From Candidatus Gottesmanbacteria bacterium (GTDB lineage Bacteria > Patescibacteriota > Microgenomatia > 2-02-FULL-39-11), in the NCBI GenBank assembly GCA_016186795.1, contig JACPKY010000002.1, positions 529,044-593,043 on the forward strand: a stretch of 64,000 bases of DNA, in the 5' to 3' direction. Numbering within the stretch: position 1 is the first letter of the stretch; each line of letters starts with the position of its first letter. Shown here piece by piece: positions 48,360 to 58,132 of this stretch. The translations under genes were made by a program, and so were the position numbers. Below the pieces are notes generated by a model. It worked only from the letters and a program-made list of their open reading frames with translations, was not told the origin of the DNA and did not search any database.

Positions 48360-49760
48360 TCATCCCACACTTCCCTCCATCTCTAGTTGTATAAGTCTAT
48401 TTAATTCCACAGCGTACTCAAGCGGCAACTCTTTCACAATAGGTTCAATAAAACCATTCACAATCATTGCCTCTGCATCTGCTTTCGATAATCCCCGACT
48501 CATGAGATAAAAGAGTTGTTCATCTCCGATTTTCGATACAGTTGCTTCATGTTCGATCTGAGTATCATTGGTCCGTATATCCATTGTAGGATACGTGTCT
48601 GATCGGGAAGCGTCATCGATGAGAAGCGCGTCGCACACTACTTTTGTTTTGGCTCCTCTTGCTGACTGCATAACCTGAATAAGTCCCCTGTAAGACGTCC
48701 TTCCTCCGCCACAACTTACCGATTTGGAAGTAATTTTGGATGTCGTGTTTGGGGCGAAATGCACTGCTTTCCCACCTGCATCTTGATGCTGTCCCGGTCC
48801 TGCATAGGCAATGGATAACACCTCTCCTCGAGCACCTTTTCCCATAAGATACACACTGGGATACTTCATCGTCAGCTTGGAGCCAATATTGCCATCAATC
48901 CACTCTCCGACTCCATCTTCTTCTACTCTCATCCTCTTAGTTACCAAATTATAGACATTGGTACTCCAGTTTTGAATCGTCGTATACCGAACACGTGCGT
49001 TTTTTTTGACAAAAATTTCAACAACTGCTGCGTGGAGAGAGTCTGTCGTGTAAATGGGAGCGGTGCATCCTTCGACGTAATGCACAAAAGATCCTTCGTC
49101 AGCAATAATAAGCGTCCGCTCAAACTGTCCCATGTTGGCAGCATTGATACGGAAATATGCTTGAAGTGGAAGCTCTACGTGTACGCCTTTGGGAACGTAG
49201 ATAAATGACCCACCAGACCATGTCGCACTATTAAGCGCTGCAAACTTATTATCATGAGGGGGAATAATTGTTCCGAAATACTCCTTGACCAGATCCGGAT
49301 ATTCGGCGAGTCCTGAATCCATATCAAGAAAAATGACGCCTTTCTTATCCAACGTTGTCTGGATGCTTTTATACACAACTTCACTTTCGTACTGTGCAGA
49401 CACTCCCCCTAAATATTTTTTCTCAGCCTCAGGGATTCCAATTCTGTCATACGTATCTTTGATTTCCTTCGGAAGATCTTCCCAACTCTTTGCTTTTTTC
49501 TGTGTCGGTTTAATATAGTAGTAAATATCGTCAAAATTAATTTTTGTCAGATCGCCTCCCCACATTGGGAGAGGTTTTTTATAGAATATCTCAAGCGCCT
49601 CAAGCCGAAATTTCCTCATCCAATCTGGTTCACCTTTATGGAAGGAGATTTCTTCAACAATTTCTGGTGAAAGTCCTTTTCGAGATTTAAAAACGTAATT
49701 TTCTGGTTTATGGAAACCAAATTTGTATCCCCCAACTGGATCAATGCTTGTTTGTGCCAT
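48360..49760 (-). CDS. sufB: Fe-S assembly protein SufB
   Basis: AQYESE, GQFERT, EGCTAP, HEATVSK. Confidence 0.98.
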   Translation of the reverse strand: MAQTSIDPVGGYKFGFHKPENYVFKSRKGLSPEIVEEISFHKGEPDWMRKFRLEALEIFYKKPLPMWGGDLTKINFDDIYYYIKPTQKKAKSWEDLPKEIKDTYDRIGIPEAEKKYLGGVSAQYESEVVYKSIQTTLDKKGVIFLDMDSGLAEYPDLVKEYFGTIIPPHDNKFAALNSATWSGGSFIYVPKGVHVELPLQAYFRINAANMGQFERTLIIADEGSFVHYVEGCTAPIYTTDSLHAAVVEIFVKKNARVRYTTIQNWSTNVYNLVTKRMRVEEDGVGEWIDGNIGSKLTMKYPSVYLMGKGARGEVLSIAYAGPGQHQDAGGKAVHFAPNTTSKITSKSVSCGGGRTSYRGLIQVMQSARGAKTKVVCDALLIDDASRSDTYPTMDIRTNDTQIEHEATVSKIGDEQLFYLMSRGLSKADAEAMIVNGFIEPIVKELPLEYAVELNRLIQLEMEGSVG

Positions 49761-49762
49761 AC

Positions 49763-50554
49763 TTAGTTTTTTGAATGATTTCCAATAAATTTTTTATACC
49801 CATTCTTCTCAATATCTTTCGCAAGTGTATACCCTCCTGATGCAACAATCGATCCGTTGACAAGAACATGAACAAAATCAGGTTTTACGTATTTCAGAAT
49901 TCTTTGGTAGTGGGTGATGATAAGAACTCCAGTGCCCTGCCTTTTTAGATCCATTATTGTGCGAGCAACAGTTTGTAATGCATCAACATCAAGACCTGTA
50001 TCGATTTCATCGAAGAGGGCAAACTTGGGTTTTAGGGTGAGCGCCTGAAGCATCTCTAGCTTTTTTTTCTCCCCACCTGAGAAATTATCATTCACTGCCC
50101 GGCCTAAAAATTCCTGAGGGATACCAAGATTTTTTGCTTTCTCAACAAGGAGCGTATTGAATTCCCACACAGAGAGAGCGGGATTTGCTACTACTCCATT
50201 TCCTTTGGGTTTCTTCCCGTGGATTGACTGATAGGCGGTCTTAAGAAGATTCCCAACGGAAACTCCAGGAACAGTTATTGGGTTTTGAAAAGCCAGAAAT
50301 ATTCCTTGCCTTGCACGTTCATCCGGCTTCATTGAAAGAATATTTTTCTTATTTATTTGAATTTGGGATTTGGGATTTGGGATTTCATAGGCCGGGTTAC
50401 CCATGATAATCTGGGCAAGCGTTGATTTTCCGCTCCCATTTGGCCCCATCAGTGCGTATACTTTGCCTGTTAAAAGAGAGAGCGAAACATCTTTCAGAAT
50501 CTGCCGGTCGGCTAAATGTGCACTGAGATTGGTTATTGTTAGTTTCATACTCAA
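49763..50554 (-). CDS. sufC: Fe-S assembly ATPase SufC
   Basis: [27 protein letters not shown]. Confidence 0.97.
   Translation of the reverse strand: MSMKLTITNLSAHLADRQILKDVSLSLLTGKVYALMGPNGSGKSTLAQIIMGNPAYEIPNPKSQIQINKKNILSMKPDERARQGIFLAFQNPITVPGVSVGNLLKTAYQSIHGKKPKGNGVVANPALSVWEFNTLLVEKAKNLGIPQEFLGRAVNDNFSGGEKKKLEMLQALTLKPKFALFDEIDTGLDVDALQTVARTIMDLKRQGTGVLIITHYQRILKYVKPDFVHVLVNGSIVASGGYTLAKDIEKNGYKKFIGNHSKN
50361..50385. repeat. Heptamer tandem repeat (ATTTGGG)x3 within sufC
   Basis: Read directly; encodes EIPNPKSQI. Confidence 0.8.
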
Positions 50555-50949
50555 TACTTGGAAAACTGTGCAAGTGTGATATCTCCTAAATAATCCAGAA
50601 ACTTACTGTTTACTTTGTTCCAGAAAGAAAAACACGTACAATTCTTTTTTTCCAATCTGCACGTGCCATGGACACATGAGGGATTAATAATCTTTTCTGA
50701 TGTAGCCTTCAAAATTTGTGCAACGGAAATTGCTTTCGGTTCTCTGGATAATCTATATCCTCCGGCAATTCCCTCCCGACTTTCAATGAGTCTATGATCA
50801 CGAAGGGAGGAGGCAATATGCTTTAAGAAAAGTGGCGAAAGCTTTGTTTTTTTGGCTATGAGAGACACGGAAATGAACTTCTCGCAGTACTGCTCAGCCA
50901 AAACTTTCATAAATACGAGTGCGAAATCGTCGCGACGTGAAATTTTCAT
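50551..50949 (-). CDS. Rrf2-family transcriptional regulator
   Basis: S.EG..GGY.L; Cys cluster C....C......C.C; first gene of the suf operon. Confidence 0.9.
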   Translation of the reverse strand: MKISRRDDFALVFMKVLAEQYCEKFISVSLIAKKTKLSPLFLKHIASSLRDHRLIESREGIAGGYRLSREPKAISVAQILKATSEKIINPSCVHGTCRLEKKNCTCFSFWNKVNSKFLDYLGDITLAQFSKY

Positions 50950-50993
50950 AAACTATCAGTAAAAAAGTACTAGTTTAGTGTAGCAAAAAAATC

Positions 50994-51563
50994 TTAGAAG
51001 GGCAAGGAGAGTGAAACCGCCTGAGAGGTGTTCTCTACATCAAAGGTAACCGGAAATTCTGTAATTCCCTTGTGAGTATTATAAAGGAGTTTTTTCTCAC
51101 GTTTGCCAAATTCATAAAGTTTCCTTGTAATTCGTACGTCGTCAAGGCAATACTTTTCCAATTTTTCCCACTCTCCCTTTGCAAAATACTCAAGTGCAAG
51201 GAGCCCATGCCCGGATTTATGGAGGTTAAGGGTTGTTTTCACCAGATCATCAAGAGCAAGTCTATGCCCCAATGCTTTTTCTACCTCGACAAGAATATCT
51301 AACGTTTTAAACTGGGTAATACTTCCTACGTAGTACGGTTCAAGAACTAAGAGATCGAATTTATCAATATTAAATCCGATAATCAGAGATGCATTCTCAA
51401 GACGATGGAAAAGCTCTGAAAGCTTCTCTTCCCGGTAAATCCTGTACTCATCAGTTGCGTAGTCATAAATGCCGACAACAGACACCTTAAGTTTTTTTGG
51501 GTTATATCCAACTTCATAAAAACTTTTTTGCGTTTCAAGGTCAAGAACAATTGGGAAAGACAT
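50994..51563 (-). CDS. RNase H-like/DEDD 3'-5' exonuclease (YprB-like)
   Basis: DLET, GFN..FD, YC..DV. Confidence 0.85.
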   Translation of the reverse strand: MSFPIVLDLETQKSFYEVGYNPKKLKVSVVGIYDYATDEYRIYREEKLSELFHRLENASLIIGFNIDKFDLLVLEPYYVGSITQFKTLDILVEVEKALGHRLALDDLVKTTLNLHKSGHGLLALEYFAKGEWEKLEKYCLDDVRITRKLYEFGKREKKLLYNTHKGITEFPVTFDVENTSQAVSLSLPF

Positions 51564-51577
51564 GGGTAAAATTAAGC

Positions 51578-52504
51578 TTACAGAGTTTTTGAAATATCCT
51601 CAAGATGTTTTCTCTTCCTATGGGTGTACGCATCGACAGTTGATGTAAGGAAAATTCCTGCAAAAACAAACATACTTCCGGCAAGAAAATTTGCCGTTAC
51701 CCTCTCTCCGATGAGAAGTGTTGCGAAAATTGCCGTCGCAATAGGCTGAATATAGGATGAGAGACTTGTTGTGAGAGGAGATAGGTGTTTCACAGCAAAC
51801 TGAGTACAGATATATGCGAGAAATGTCGCAAAAATTCCCATATAGAGACCAATGAGAACAATTGTCAGAGATATGGTGATTTTTGCATTTCCCGTAAATA
51901 GCTCAACCCCGACAAGGAATGTTGCGATAAAAAGCGTCACAAATATTGACGTGCTTCCGATCTCCATCGGCGTAAAGTGTTTGGAGATTTTTTTGGAAGT
52001 GAGAATGTATGTCAACCACCCTCCCATAGCACCAAGGATTGCAAGATTTCCGACAAGGTTTCCCGAGATAGTTGTCCCTTTCTCAATTGCCGAAAGGTAC
52101 ACAATGTAGGCAACTCCTGCGAATCCGATGGCAACGCCTAAAACTTTTACCAATGGATGCTTTTCCTTCAGTACAAAAAAATTAAACAGAAGTATAAGTA
52201 CAGGCTGCACCGCATAGATCACTTGACTTGCTGATGCACTCGTATACTGAATTCCCCAAATGAAAAGTGCAACGTTTATTGTTGAAAACGATGATACGAA
52301 AAGAAGCTCCCGGAAACGTTTATTTTTCCATGGTTTGTCTTTGAGAAAAAAGGGGAGAAAGCAAACTGCACCGATAAAAAAACGGATAAAAAGAAGTACC
52401 ATCGGAGACACACTAAAAACAGCAAAGCGGGCAATAACTGCAAAGAATCCCCAGAACAAAATTGTGGCAAAAAGGGCAGAGACTGCAAGGAGTTTAATTC
52501 TCAT
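51578..52504 (-). CDS. DMT/EamA-family transporter
   Basis: 10 TM arranged in two EamA repeats. Confidence 0.9.
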   Translation of the reverse strand: MRIKLLAVSALFATILFWGFFAVIARFAVFSVSPMVLLFIRFFIGAVCFLPFFLKDKPWKNKRFRELLFVSSFSTINVALFIWGIQYTSASASQVIYAVQPVLILLFNFFVLKEKHPLVKVLGVAIGFAGVAYIVYLSAIEKGTTISGNLVGNLAILGAMGGWLTYILTSKKISKHFTPMEIGSTSIFVTLFIATFLVGVELFTGNAKITISLTIVLIGLYMGIFATFLAYICTQFAVKHLSPLTTSLSSYIQPIATAIFATLLIGERVTANFLAGSMFVFAGIFLTSTVDAYTHRKRKHLEDISKTL

Positions 52505-53061
52505 ACCTTTTCGGGAAGGACCACTTTCCTAATGGCAAATCTGAGCCATGGAGTGTATATACTCGTTTGATTTATTACTTCACTCACAAGAGATCGAGCT
52601 GGAATTTTTTTGATGTCTTCAATTTCAACGGGATTCGGATGAGGAACATCCATAGTTTTCCCAACGAGGACGTAGCAAAATTCATTTTCGCAATCTCCAT
52701 TGAACTTCGCAAAGTAGTAAAACGAACCAACCTTACGAAAGTTTACCTCTATTCCCAACTCCTCTTTACCACGTCTTTCTGCGGCTCTTTCTGTAGATTC
52801 CCCAGGTAAAACATGACTAATTGTTGATGCATCCCAGAAACCTGCCCAAAGGGACTTCTGCTTCCCTCTTTTTGTCATCCACACGTTTCCTTTCTCGTCA
52901 TACACAAATGCCATAAATGCTAAATGCGTTTTTCCATCAGCCTGATGACACATTTTCCGAGTTGCAAAACCATTCGGTTTTCCATGCTGATCACAGGTTA
53001 TAAGAAGTTGGTCCCTTCGTTCACCTTTTAAATCGTGAAATGGATGAGTGTTTTTTTTCAT
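52501..53061 (-). CDS. IDI type 1-like NUDIX protein
   Basis: H..D...HLAF, R...EELG, ENE, YTPW. Confidence 0.7.
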   Translation of the reverse strand: MKKNTHPFHDLKGERRDQLLITCDQHGKPNGFATRKMCHQADGKTHLAFMAFVYDEKGNVWMTKRGKQKSLWAGFWDASTISHVLPGESTERAAERRGKEELGIEVNFRKVGSFYYFAKFNGDCENEFCYVLVGKTMDVPHPNPVEIEDIKKIPARSLVSEVINQTSIYTPWLRFAIRKVVLPEKV

Positions 53062-53828
53062 AAATTTTGTGAAAGGATAAATTTCTCGAGGACATGGATT
53101 ATTCCACCCTGCTCATAAGGTGGCGCGATATAATCGGCAATTTCTTTTATTTCCGCAACAGCATTCCCCATCGCTATTTTCAATCCACATGCCATCAGAA
53201 GCTGATAGTCATTATAACTATCACCGATCCCTATAATCTCTTTTGTAGAAACTCCTAAGATTTTTGCCACCTCCATAACCCCATGCTGTTTGGTTGCTCG
53301 CCCACTCGTTACATGAATTGACTGGCTCTTCACTCCTATTCCTGAAACGCTTTTTGTCACCGATATTGTTGGAATTTGACTAAGCGACTGATAGAGATCA
53401 TTAGCCTTTGCTGGCGTTACTCCGAGAACCAATATTTTGGTAATCTTCCATGTTCTAATTTTATCGGGACTATCGAGTCGTCTTTCATCCTCTAGGATAA
53501 ATATTCGAAGAGTAGGATCTTTGATAATGATTGACAGTACCTTTTCAACCTCTTCCCGCGATAAGTAAATACTTGACAGATACAGCCTCTTCCCACAATC
53601 ATAGATCCGGGCACCATTATCAAGGATTATTGGCTCGGTAAGAGAAAGACTGTCAACCAAATCTTCCAACCAGTCAAGCGACCGCCCTGTTGCCAAAGAG
53701 AAATAAATACCTCTTTGCCGAACACGAATCACAACATCCACTATTTTGGGTGGAAGTTTTGGTGCGGGATACTCACTTGGTGGAATAAGTGTTCCATCAA
53801 CATCGGAAATAATTGCTTTGTATTTCAT
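53058..53828 (-). CDS. Cof-type HAD hydrolase
   Basis: DVDGT, ATGR, K, GDSYND. Confidence 0.9.
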   Translation of the reverse strand: MKYKAIISDVDGTLIPPSEYPAPKLPPKIVDVVIRVRQRGIYFSLATGRSLDWLEDLVDSLSLTEPIILDNGARIYDCGKRLYLSSIYLSREEVEKVLSIIIKDPTLRIFILEDERRLDSPDKIRTWKITKILVLGVTPAKANDLYQSLSQIPTISVTKSVSGIGVKSQSIHVTSGRATKQHGVMEVAKILGVSTKEIIGIGDSYNDYQLLMACGLKIAMGNAVAEIKEIADYIAPPYEQGGIIHVLEKFILSQNL

Positions 53829-54370
53829 GCCAACTTCTCAATAAGTTTTTCGACAGCTTCCTCAGGGGTTTGGACTCTTGTATACATCTTGTTTAGATAT
53901 AAAGGGGTAAATCCTTCTCTCTCCATCTTTTCCAAAAGATGATAAAATTCTTCATAGTACCCATCAAGGATAATGAGAGGTTTTGTCTCTTCAATCTCAT
54001 ATTTCCGTTTCAAAGCAAGAATCTCCGTTATTTCATACAAAGTCCCGATCCCTCCCGGAAGGGCCAGAAATCCATCTGCAAAACTAGTAAGTCGCAATTG
54101 CCGCTCACGCAACGAATGAAATAGTTCTTTCTCTTTGAGGAAATTAGAATTCACTCTTCCTGCAATTTCCAGGCAAATCCCGATTGTATGTCCTCCTGCC
54201 TCATACGCCCCTCGGCTCACTTCATTCATAAGCCCGGGACCTCCACCTGAGACAACAGTAAATCCATGTTCGGCGAGGAGTTTCCCTGTTCGATACGAAA
54301 GGGAAAAGTAATACTCTTCTCGTTCTTTAATACATTCGTTTCCTGCAAAAATTACGATTTTTTTACCCAT
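53825..54370 (-). CDS. LOG-family protein
   Basis: SGGGPGLM, PGGIGTLYE. Confidence 0.9.
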   Translation of the reverse strand: MGKKIVIFAGNECIKEREEYYFSLSYRTGKLLAEHGFTVVSGGGPGLMNEVSRGAYEAGGHTIGICLEIAGRVNSNFLKEKELFHSLRERQLRLTSFADGFLALPGGIGTLYEITEILALKRKYEIEETKPLIILDGYYEEFYHLLEKMEREGFTPLYLNKMYTRVQTPEEAVEKLIEKLA

Positions 54371-54432
54371 ACGAAACAATCAATTATAGCAAAAGACAGG
54401 GAATAGTAGAAAAGATATAATGTCATCGGACT

Positions 54433-55731
54433 ATGAAACAAAAAAATGCTTTTGAAATTCTCAAACTTGGGTACAATGTTTATTTAACCGGCGAAGCTGG
54501 ATCAGGAAAAACTTACCTTTTGAATAAATATATCTCGTATCTTCGATCCAAACGAGCAGAAGTAGCAGTGACCGCTTCAACAGGAATTGCGGCAACACAT
54601 CTGGGAGGTATGACGATTGATTCTTGGTCTAGTATCAATCTTCCTCTTCAAATTGCTGAGAATAAACCTTATCTTCGGAGACGAATCCAAAAGACAAAAG
54701 TCCTTATTATCGATGAGATCTCTATGGTACATGGGGAACGTCTTGACCGGATTAATACTATCTGCAAAAAAATCCGAGGAAATACTTTACCATTTGGCGG
54801 AATACAAGTTGTCCTCTCAGGTGATTTTTTCCAGCTTCCTCCAGTTTCTGAGAAAAGAGAAAACTTTGACTTCGTCTATAAATCTCAATCATGGAGAGAG
54901 TTAACCCCGCATATTTTGTATCTTGAGAGCCAATACCGTCAGACAGATCCGGAATTTAACAAGGTTTTATCAGATATCCGGAATAACTCTGTTACGAGTG
55001 AGACAATCGAACTTTTACGAAAAACCGTCCATCAGCCAATCCAAGGACCAATTACCCCTGCCAAACTCTACACACATAACGTCGATGCCGATGCAATAAA
55101 CCAAGAAGAGCTGGATAAAATCTCCCAAGAATCTCATCAGTATGAAATGATTTCGTTGGGATCTGAGGGGTTGGTAGCGTCGATGAAACGAGGATGTCTA
55201 GCGCCAGTTCATCTTGTTTTAAAAAAGGAAGCACACGTCATGTTTGTCCGCAACAATAGTGAAGAAGGATATTCAAACGGTACCGTTGGAAAAGTTGTTG
55301 GATTTGATAGAGACGGAAATCCGATTGTTGAAACTTCTGATAAGAAAAAAATTCATGTCAAACCAGCACAATGGACGATTATTGAGGAAGGAAAAATACG
55401 GGCAGAACTTATTCAACTTCCACTTCGCCTTGCTTGGGCAATTACGGTCCATAAAAGCCAGGGAATGACCTTATCAGCTGCAGAAATTGATCTTTCCAAG
55501 TCGTTTGTGCATGGTATGGGATATGTCGCACTTTCCCGCGTCCGGTCACTTAGGGGCATCAAGCTTCTTGGAATTAATAATCTTGCACTGCAAGTTAACC
55601 CAGAAATAACTGAATTTGATAGATCCCTAAAAGAAGAATCAAGAAAAGAAGAAAATAATTTCAAGATGATGGGATTTTTCAAGAAGTTTTTTGCGCGACG
55701 AAAATTTGTGTACTTCCTTACTTCACGGTAA
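54433..55731 (+). CDS. Pif1-family 5'-3' helicase
   Basis: GEAGSGKT, DEISM, GDFFQLPP, AWAITVHKSQG, YVALSR. Confidence 0.93.
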   Translation: MKQKNAFEILKLGYNVYLTGEAGSGKTYLLNKYISYLRSKRAEVAVTASTGIAATHLGGMTIDSWSSINLPLQIAENKPYLRRRIQKTKVLIIDEISMVHGERLDRINTICKKIRGNTLPFGGIQVVLSGDFFQLPPVSEKRENFDFVYKSQSWRELTPHILYLESQYRQTDPEFNKVLSDIRNNSVTSETIELLRKTVHQPIQGPITPAKLYTHNVDADAINQEELDKISQESHQYEMISLGSEGLVASMKRGCLAPVHLVLKKEAHVMFVRNNSEEGYSNGTVGKVVGFDRDGNPIVETSDKKKIHVKPAQWTIIEEGKIRAELIQLPLRLAWAITVHKSQGMTLSAAEIDLSKSFVHGMGYVALSRVRSLRGIKLLGINNLALQVNPEITEFDRSLKEESRKEENNFKMMGFFKKFFARRKFVYFLTSR

Positions 55732-55749
55732 AAATATCCATATCAATTG

Positions 55750-56010
55750 TTATCTACCCTTGAGTGGCATTGTCCCCGTGATTGGATGAGTACCCCAGCG
55801 AGTTCCACGACCATGCATCTCTACCTTTTCGCCTAATGGAACACTACTTGGACTTCCGATCCCTGGGGGACGATAAACTATAGGCATATCACCCTCCCAA
55901 ACAGTAGGTTGTGACTGTGGTTTTTTCATCTTTGCGCGAGATTTTTCTGCACGCTTTTTTTGTTCTTCTACAAGTTTTGCCGCCCAACCTTCTGACAAAC
56001 CTTCTGCCAT
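55750..56010 (-). CDS. Hypothetical protein
   Basis: 86-aa ORF filling the gap between Pif1 and the tRNA; no recognisable motif. Confidence 0.5.
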   Translation of the reverse strand: MAEGLSEGWAAKLVEEQKKRAEKSRAKMKKPQSQPTVWEGDMPIVYRPPGIGSPSSVPLGEKVEMHGRGTRWGTHPITGTMPLKGR

Positions 56011-56098
56011 AAGATAAATTCTAAACCTATTCTAGGTTATAAGCAATAGAAACCATTATTCTAGACTTCGAAAGTAAGCTGAAGTAAAATACTTTCAC

Positions 56099-56169
56099 TG
56101 CGGGATCGTCTAATGGTAGGACACGTCCCTCTGGAGGATGGTATCTTGGTCCGAATCCAAGTCCCGCAG
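56099..56169 (+). tRNA. tRNA-Gln (anticodon CTG), CCA not encoded
   Basis: Acceptor stem TGCGGGA/TCCCGCA, anticodon loop CT-CTG-GA, T-arm CTTGG-TCCGAAT-CCAAG. Confidence 0.93.
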
Positions 56170-56241
56170 CTCGCAGCCTTTCTATGAAAGGCTAAGATAC
56201 CAATTGTGTCATCGAGTCATCGAATCGAGAGAATAACCTTT

Positions 56242-56523
56242 ATGTCTTTTACAGTTTATATCCTCCGTACTTCAGCAAATACTCTTTATATTGGGCAAAC
56301 GAACAATCTTGAAAAACGATTGGCCCAGCACAAAAATAAAAATCCGAAGGCGGCAAAATATACTCGATATTTCAATTCCTTTACGCTTGTATATACTGAA
56401 ACCTACTCGACCCGAAGCTTAGCGATGCAACGAGAGTGGCAATTGAAACAATTATCCCGAGATAAAAAGGAGATATTGATTAGAGATAGTACCATCGCAG
56501 AAAAGAGTTCGAGCTTTTTCTGA
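56242..56523 (+). CDS. Small GIY-YIG nuclease family protein
   Basis: VYILR...LYIGQT..L..R...H...AKYTR...E..LK. Confidence 0.9.
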   Translation: MSFTVYILRTSANTLYIGQTNNLEKRLAQHKNKNPKAAKYTRYFNSFTLVYTETYSTRSLAMQREWQLKQLSRDKKEILIRDSTIAEKSSSFF

Positions 56524-56526
56524 AAT

Positions 56527-57339
56527 TTATACGATGCCATTAAGCTTTTGTTTAAAAATAGCCACGACACCAAACATAGAGAGTGCAAATAAGACAATTG
56601 TGCCACCCGCGGGTAAATTTAAGTAATACGCTGCAAATAACCCGATTATTGTTGACAGAAGTGCAAAACCTATGGAAAAGTAGATCGTTTGCAAAAAACT
56701 TTTGGCAAATTGCATAGATGTCGTTACAGGAATAACCATTAGGGCTCCAATTAAAAGAATGCCGACGACTCGCATAGAAAGAGAAACCGTAATGGCTGTA
56801 AGAATTAACAAAATTGTGTTGACAAAATCGACAGAAATTCCACTTACCCGTGCGCTTTCCTCATCAAATGATGAGTAGAGGAGTTTTTTATGAAAGATTG
56901 AAATGACTATCATTGCCGCTATTCCCAGGATCAATACCAACCATAACTCGCTTTCTCGAACTGTTGTGATACTGCCGAAAAGATAACCAAAAAGATTACT
57001 GTTTATTCCATTGGCAAGACTAATAAGCACAATCGAAAGCGCCAGTCCCCCTGGTAAAAACATTGCTAGTATTGCCTCGCTTGGGATATTTTTGAGTTTC
57101 CGTAAGTGTTCTATGAGAACTGAGGCAAAAACTGTGAGAATAACGGTGGTAACCAATGGCTGAGTTTTCGTAAGTAAACCTATTGCCACACCGGAAAGAG
57201 CGATATGAGAAAGCGTGTCGGCAATCAAAGAGAAGCGCCGAATCACAAGGAAGCTGCCGATAAGCGGTGCAATCACAGCAATCATACTACCTGCAATAAA
57301 TGCCCGAACCATGAAGCTATATTGAAAAATTTCAAGCAT
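56527..57339 (-). CDS. znuB: Metal (Zn/Mn) ABC transporter permease
   Basis: DTLSH, YLFGSI, VG..L. Confidence 0.88.
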   Translation of the reverse strand: MLEIFQYSFMVRAFIAGSMIAVIAPLIGSFLVIRRFSLIADTLSHIALSGVAIGLLTKTQPLVTTVILTVFASVLIEHLRKLKNIPSEAILAMFLPGGLALSIVLISLANGINSNLFGYLFGSITTVRESELWLVLILGIAAMIVISIFHKKLLYSSFDEESARVSGISVDFVNTILLILTAITVSLSMRVVGILLIGALMVIPVTTSMQFAKSFLQTIYFSIGFALLSTIIGLFAAYYLNLPAGGTIVLFALSMFGVVAIFKQKLNGIV

Positions 57340-57364
57340 TGTTTGGTAAGCTCATAAATAGTAA

Positions 57365-58117
57365 CTAGTGTCCATGGACGACAAATTTTAGGCCTTTTCC
57401 GTATAACGATTCGATAAAGTTACTCTTGAGAACTTCTTTTGGTGTTCCATGGCAAACCAGTTTGCAATTTAGGCAGGCGATTGTTTCTACTTCGTTTGCC
57501 ACCACATCAATATCGTGTGAGACTAAAATTAATGTTAATTTCATCTTTTTATTCAAATCACGGAGTAATTGGTAAAATTTCGCTTGTGAATCAACGTCGA
57601 CTCCCACTGTTGGTTCATCGAGTATCAAAAGTTCTGGATTTGATGCTAATGCTCGTGCGATAAAGACACGTTGCTGTTGTCCACCTGAAAGCTGGGTTAA
57701 GAGTTTTTTTTTAAATCTTCCCATGTTTACTGCTTTCAAAGACTCCTCAATTGCTTCTCTATCTTCTGATGACGTAAAATCAAATAGTCGACTCCCGTTG
57801 ATCCTCCCCATGCCGACTGCTTCTTCAACTGTTATTGGAAAACGCATAAATGACGTTATAACTCTTTGGGGAACGTACCCTATTTTTGACCACTGTTTGA
57901 AAGACTTGATATTTTCACCAAACAATGTAACTTTACCAGTTTGAGGCGTTAAAAGGCCGAGAATTATTTTTAGAAGTGTTGTCTTACCACTCCCATTGGG
58001 TCCAATTATTCCAAGAAATTCACCTTTTTTTACTTGGAAATTGATAGAATCTAACGCTAACTCACCATTGTAGCGAAACGAAACGTTATCAATACTGACA
58101 AGTACATCATTTGCCAT
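57365..58117 (-). CDS. znuC: Metal ABC transporter ATPase
   Basis: GPNGSGKT, YVPQ, LSGGQ, DEP, SHD. Confidence 0.88.
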   Translation of the reverse strand: MANDVLVSIDNVSFRYNGELALDSINFQVKKGEFLGIIGPNGSGKTTLLKIILGLLTPQTGKVTLFGENIKSFKQWSKIGYVPQRVITSFMRFPITVEEAVGMGRINGSRLFDFTSSEDREAIEESLKAVNMGRFKKKLLTQLSGGQQQRVFIARALASNPELLILDEPTVGVDVDSQAKFYQLLRDLNKKMKLTLILVSHDIDVVANEVETIACLNCKLVCHGTPKEVLKSNFIESLYGKGLKFVVHGH

Positions 58118-58132
58118 TTGCCTTTTGTTATT

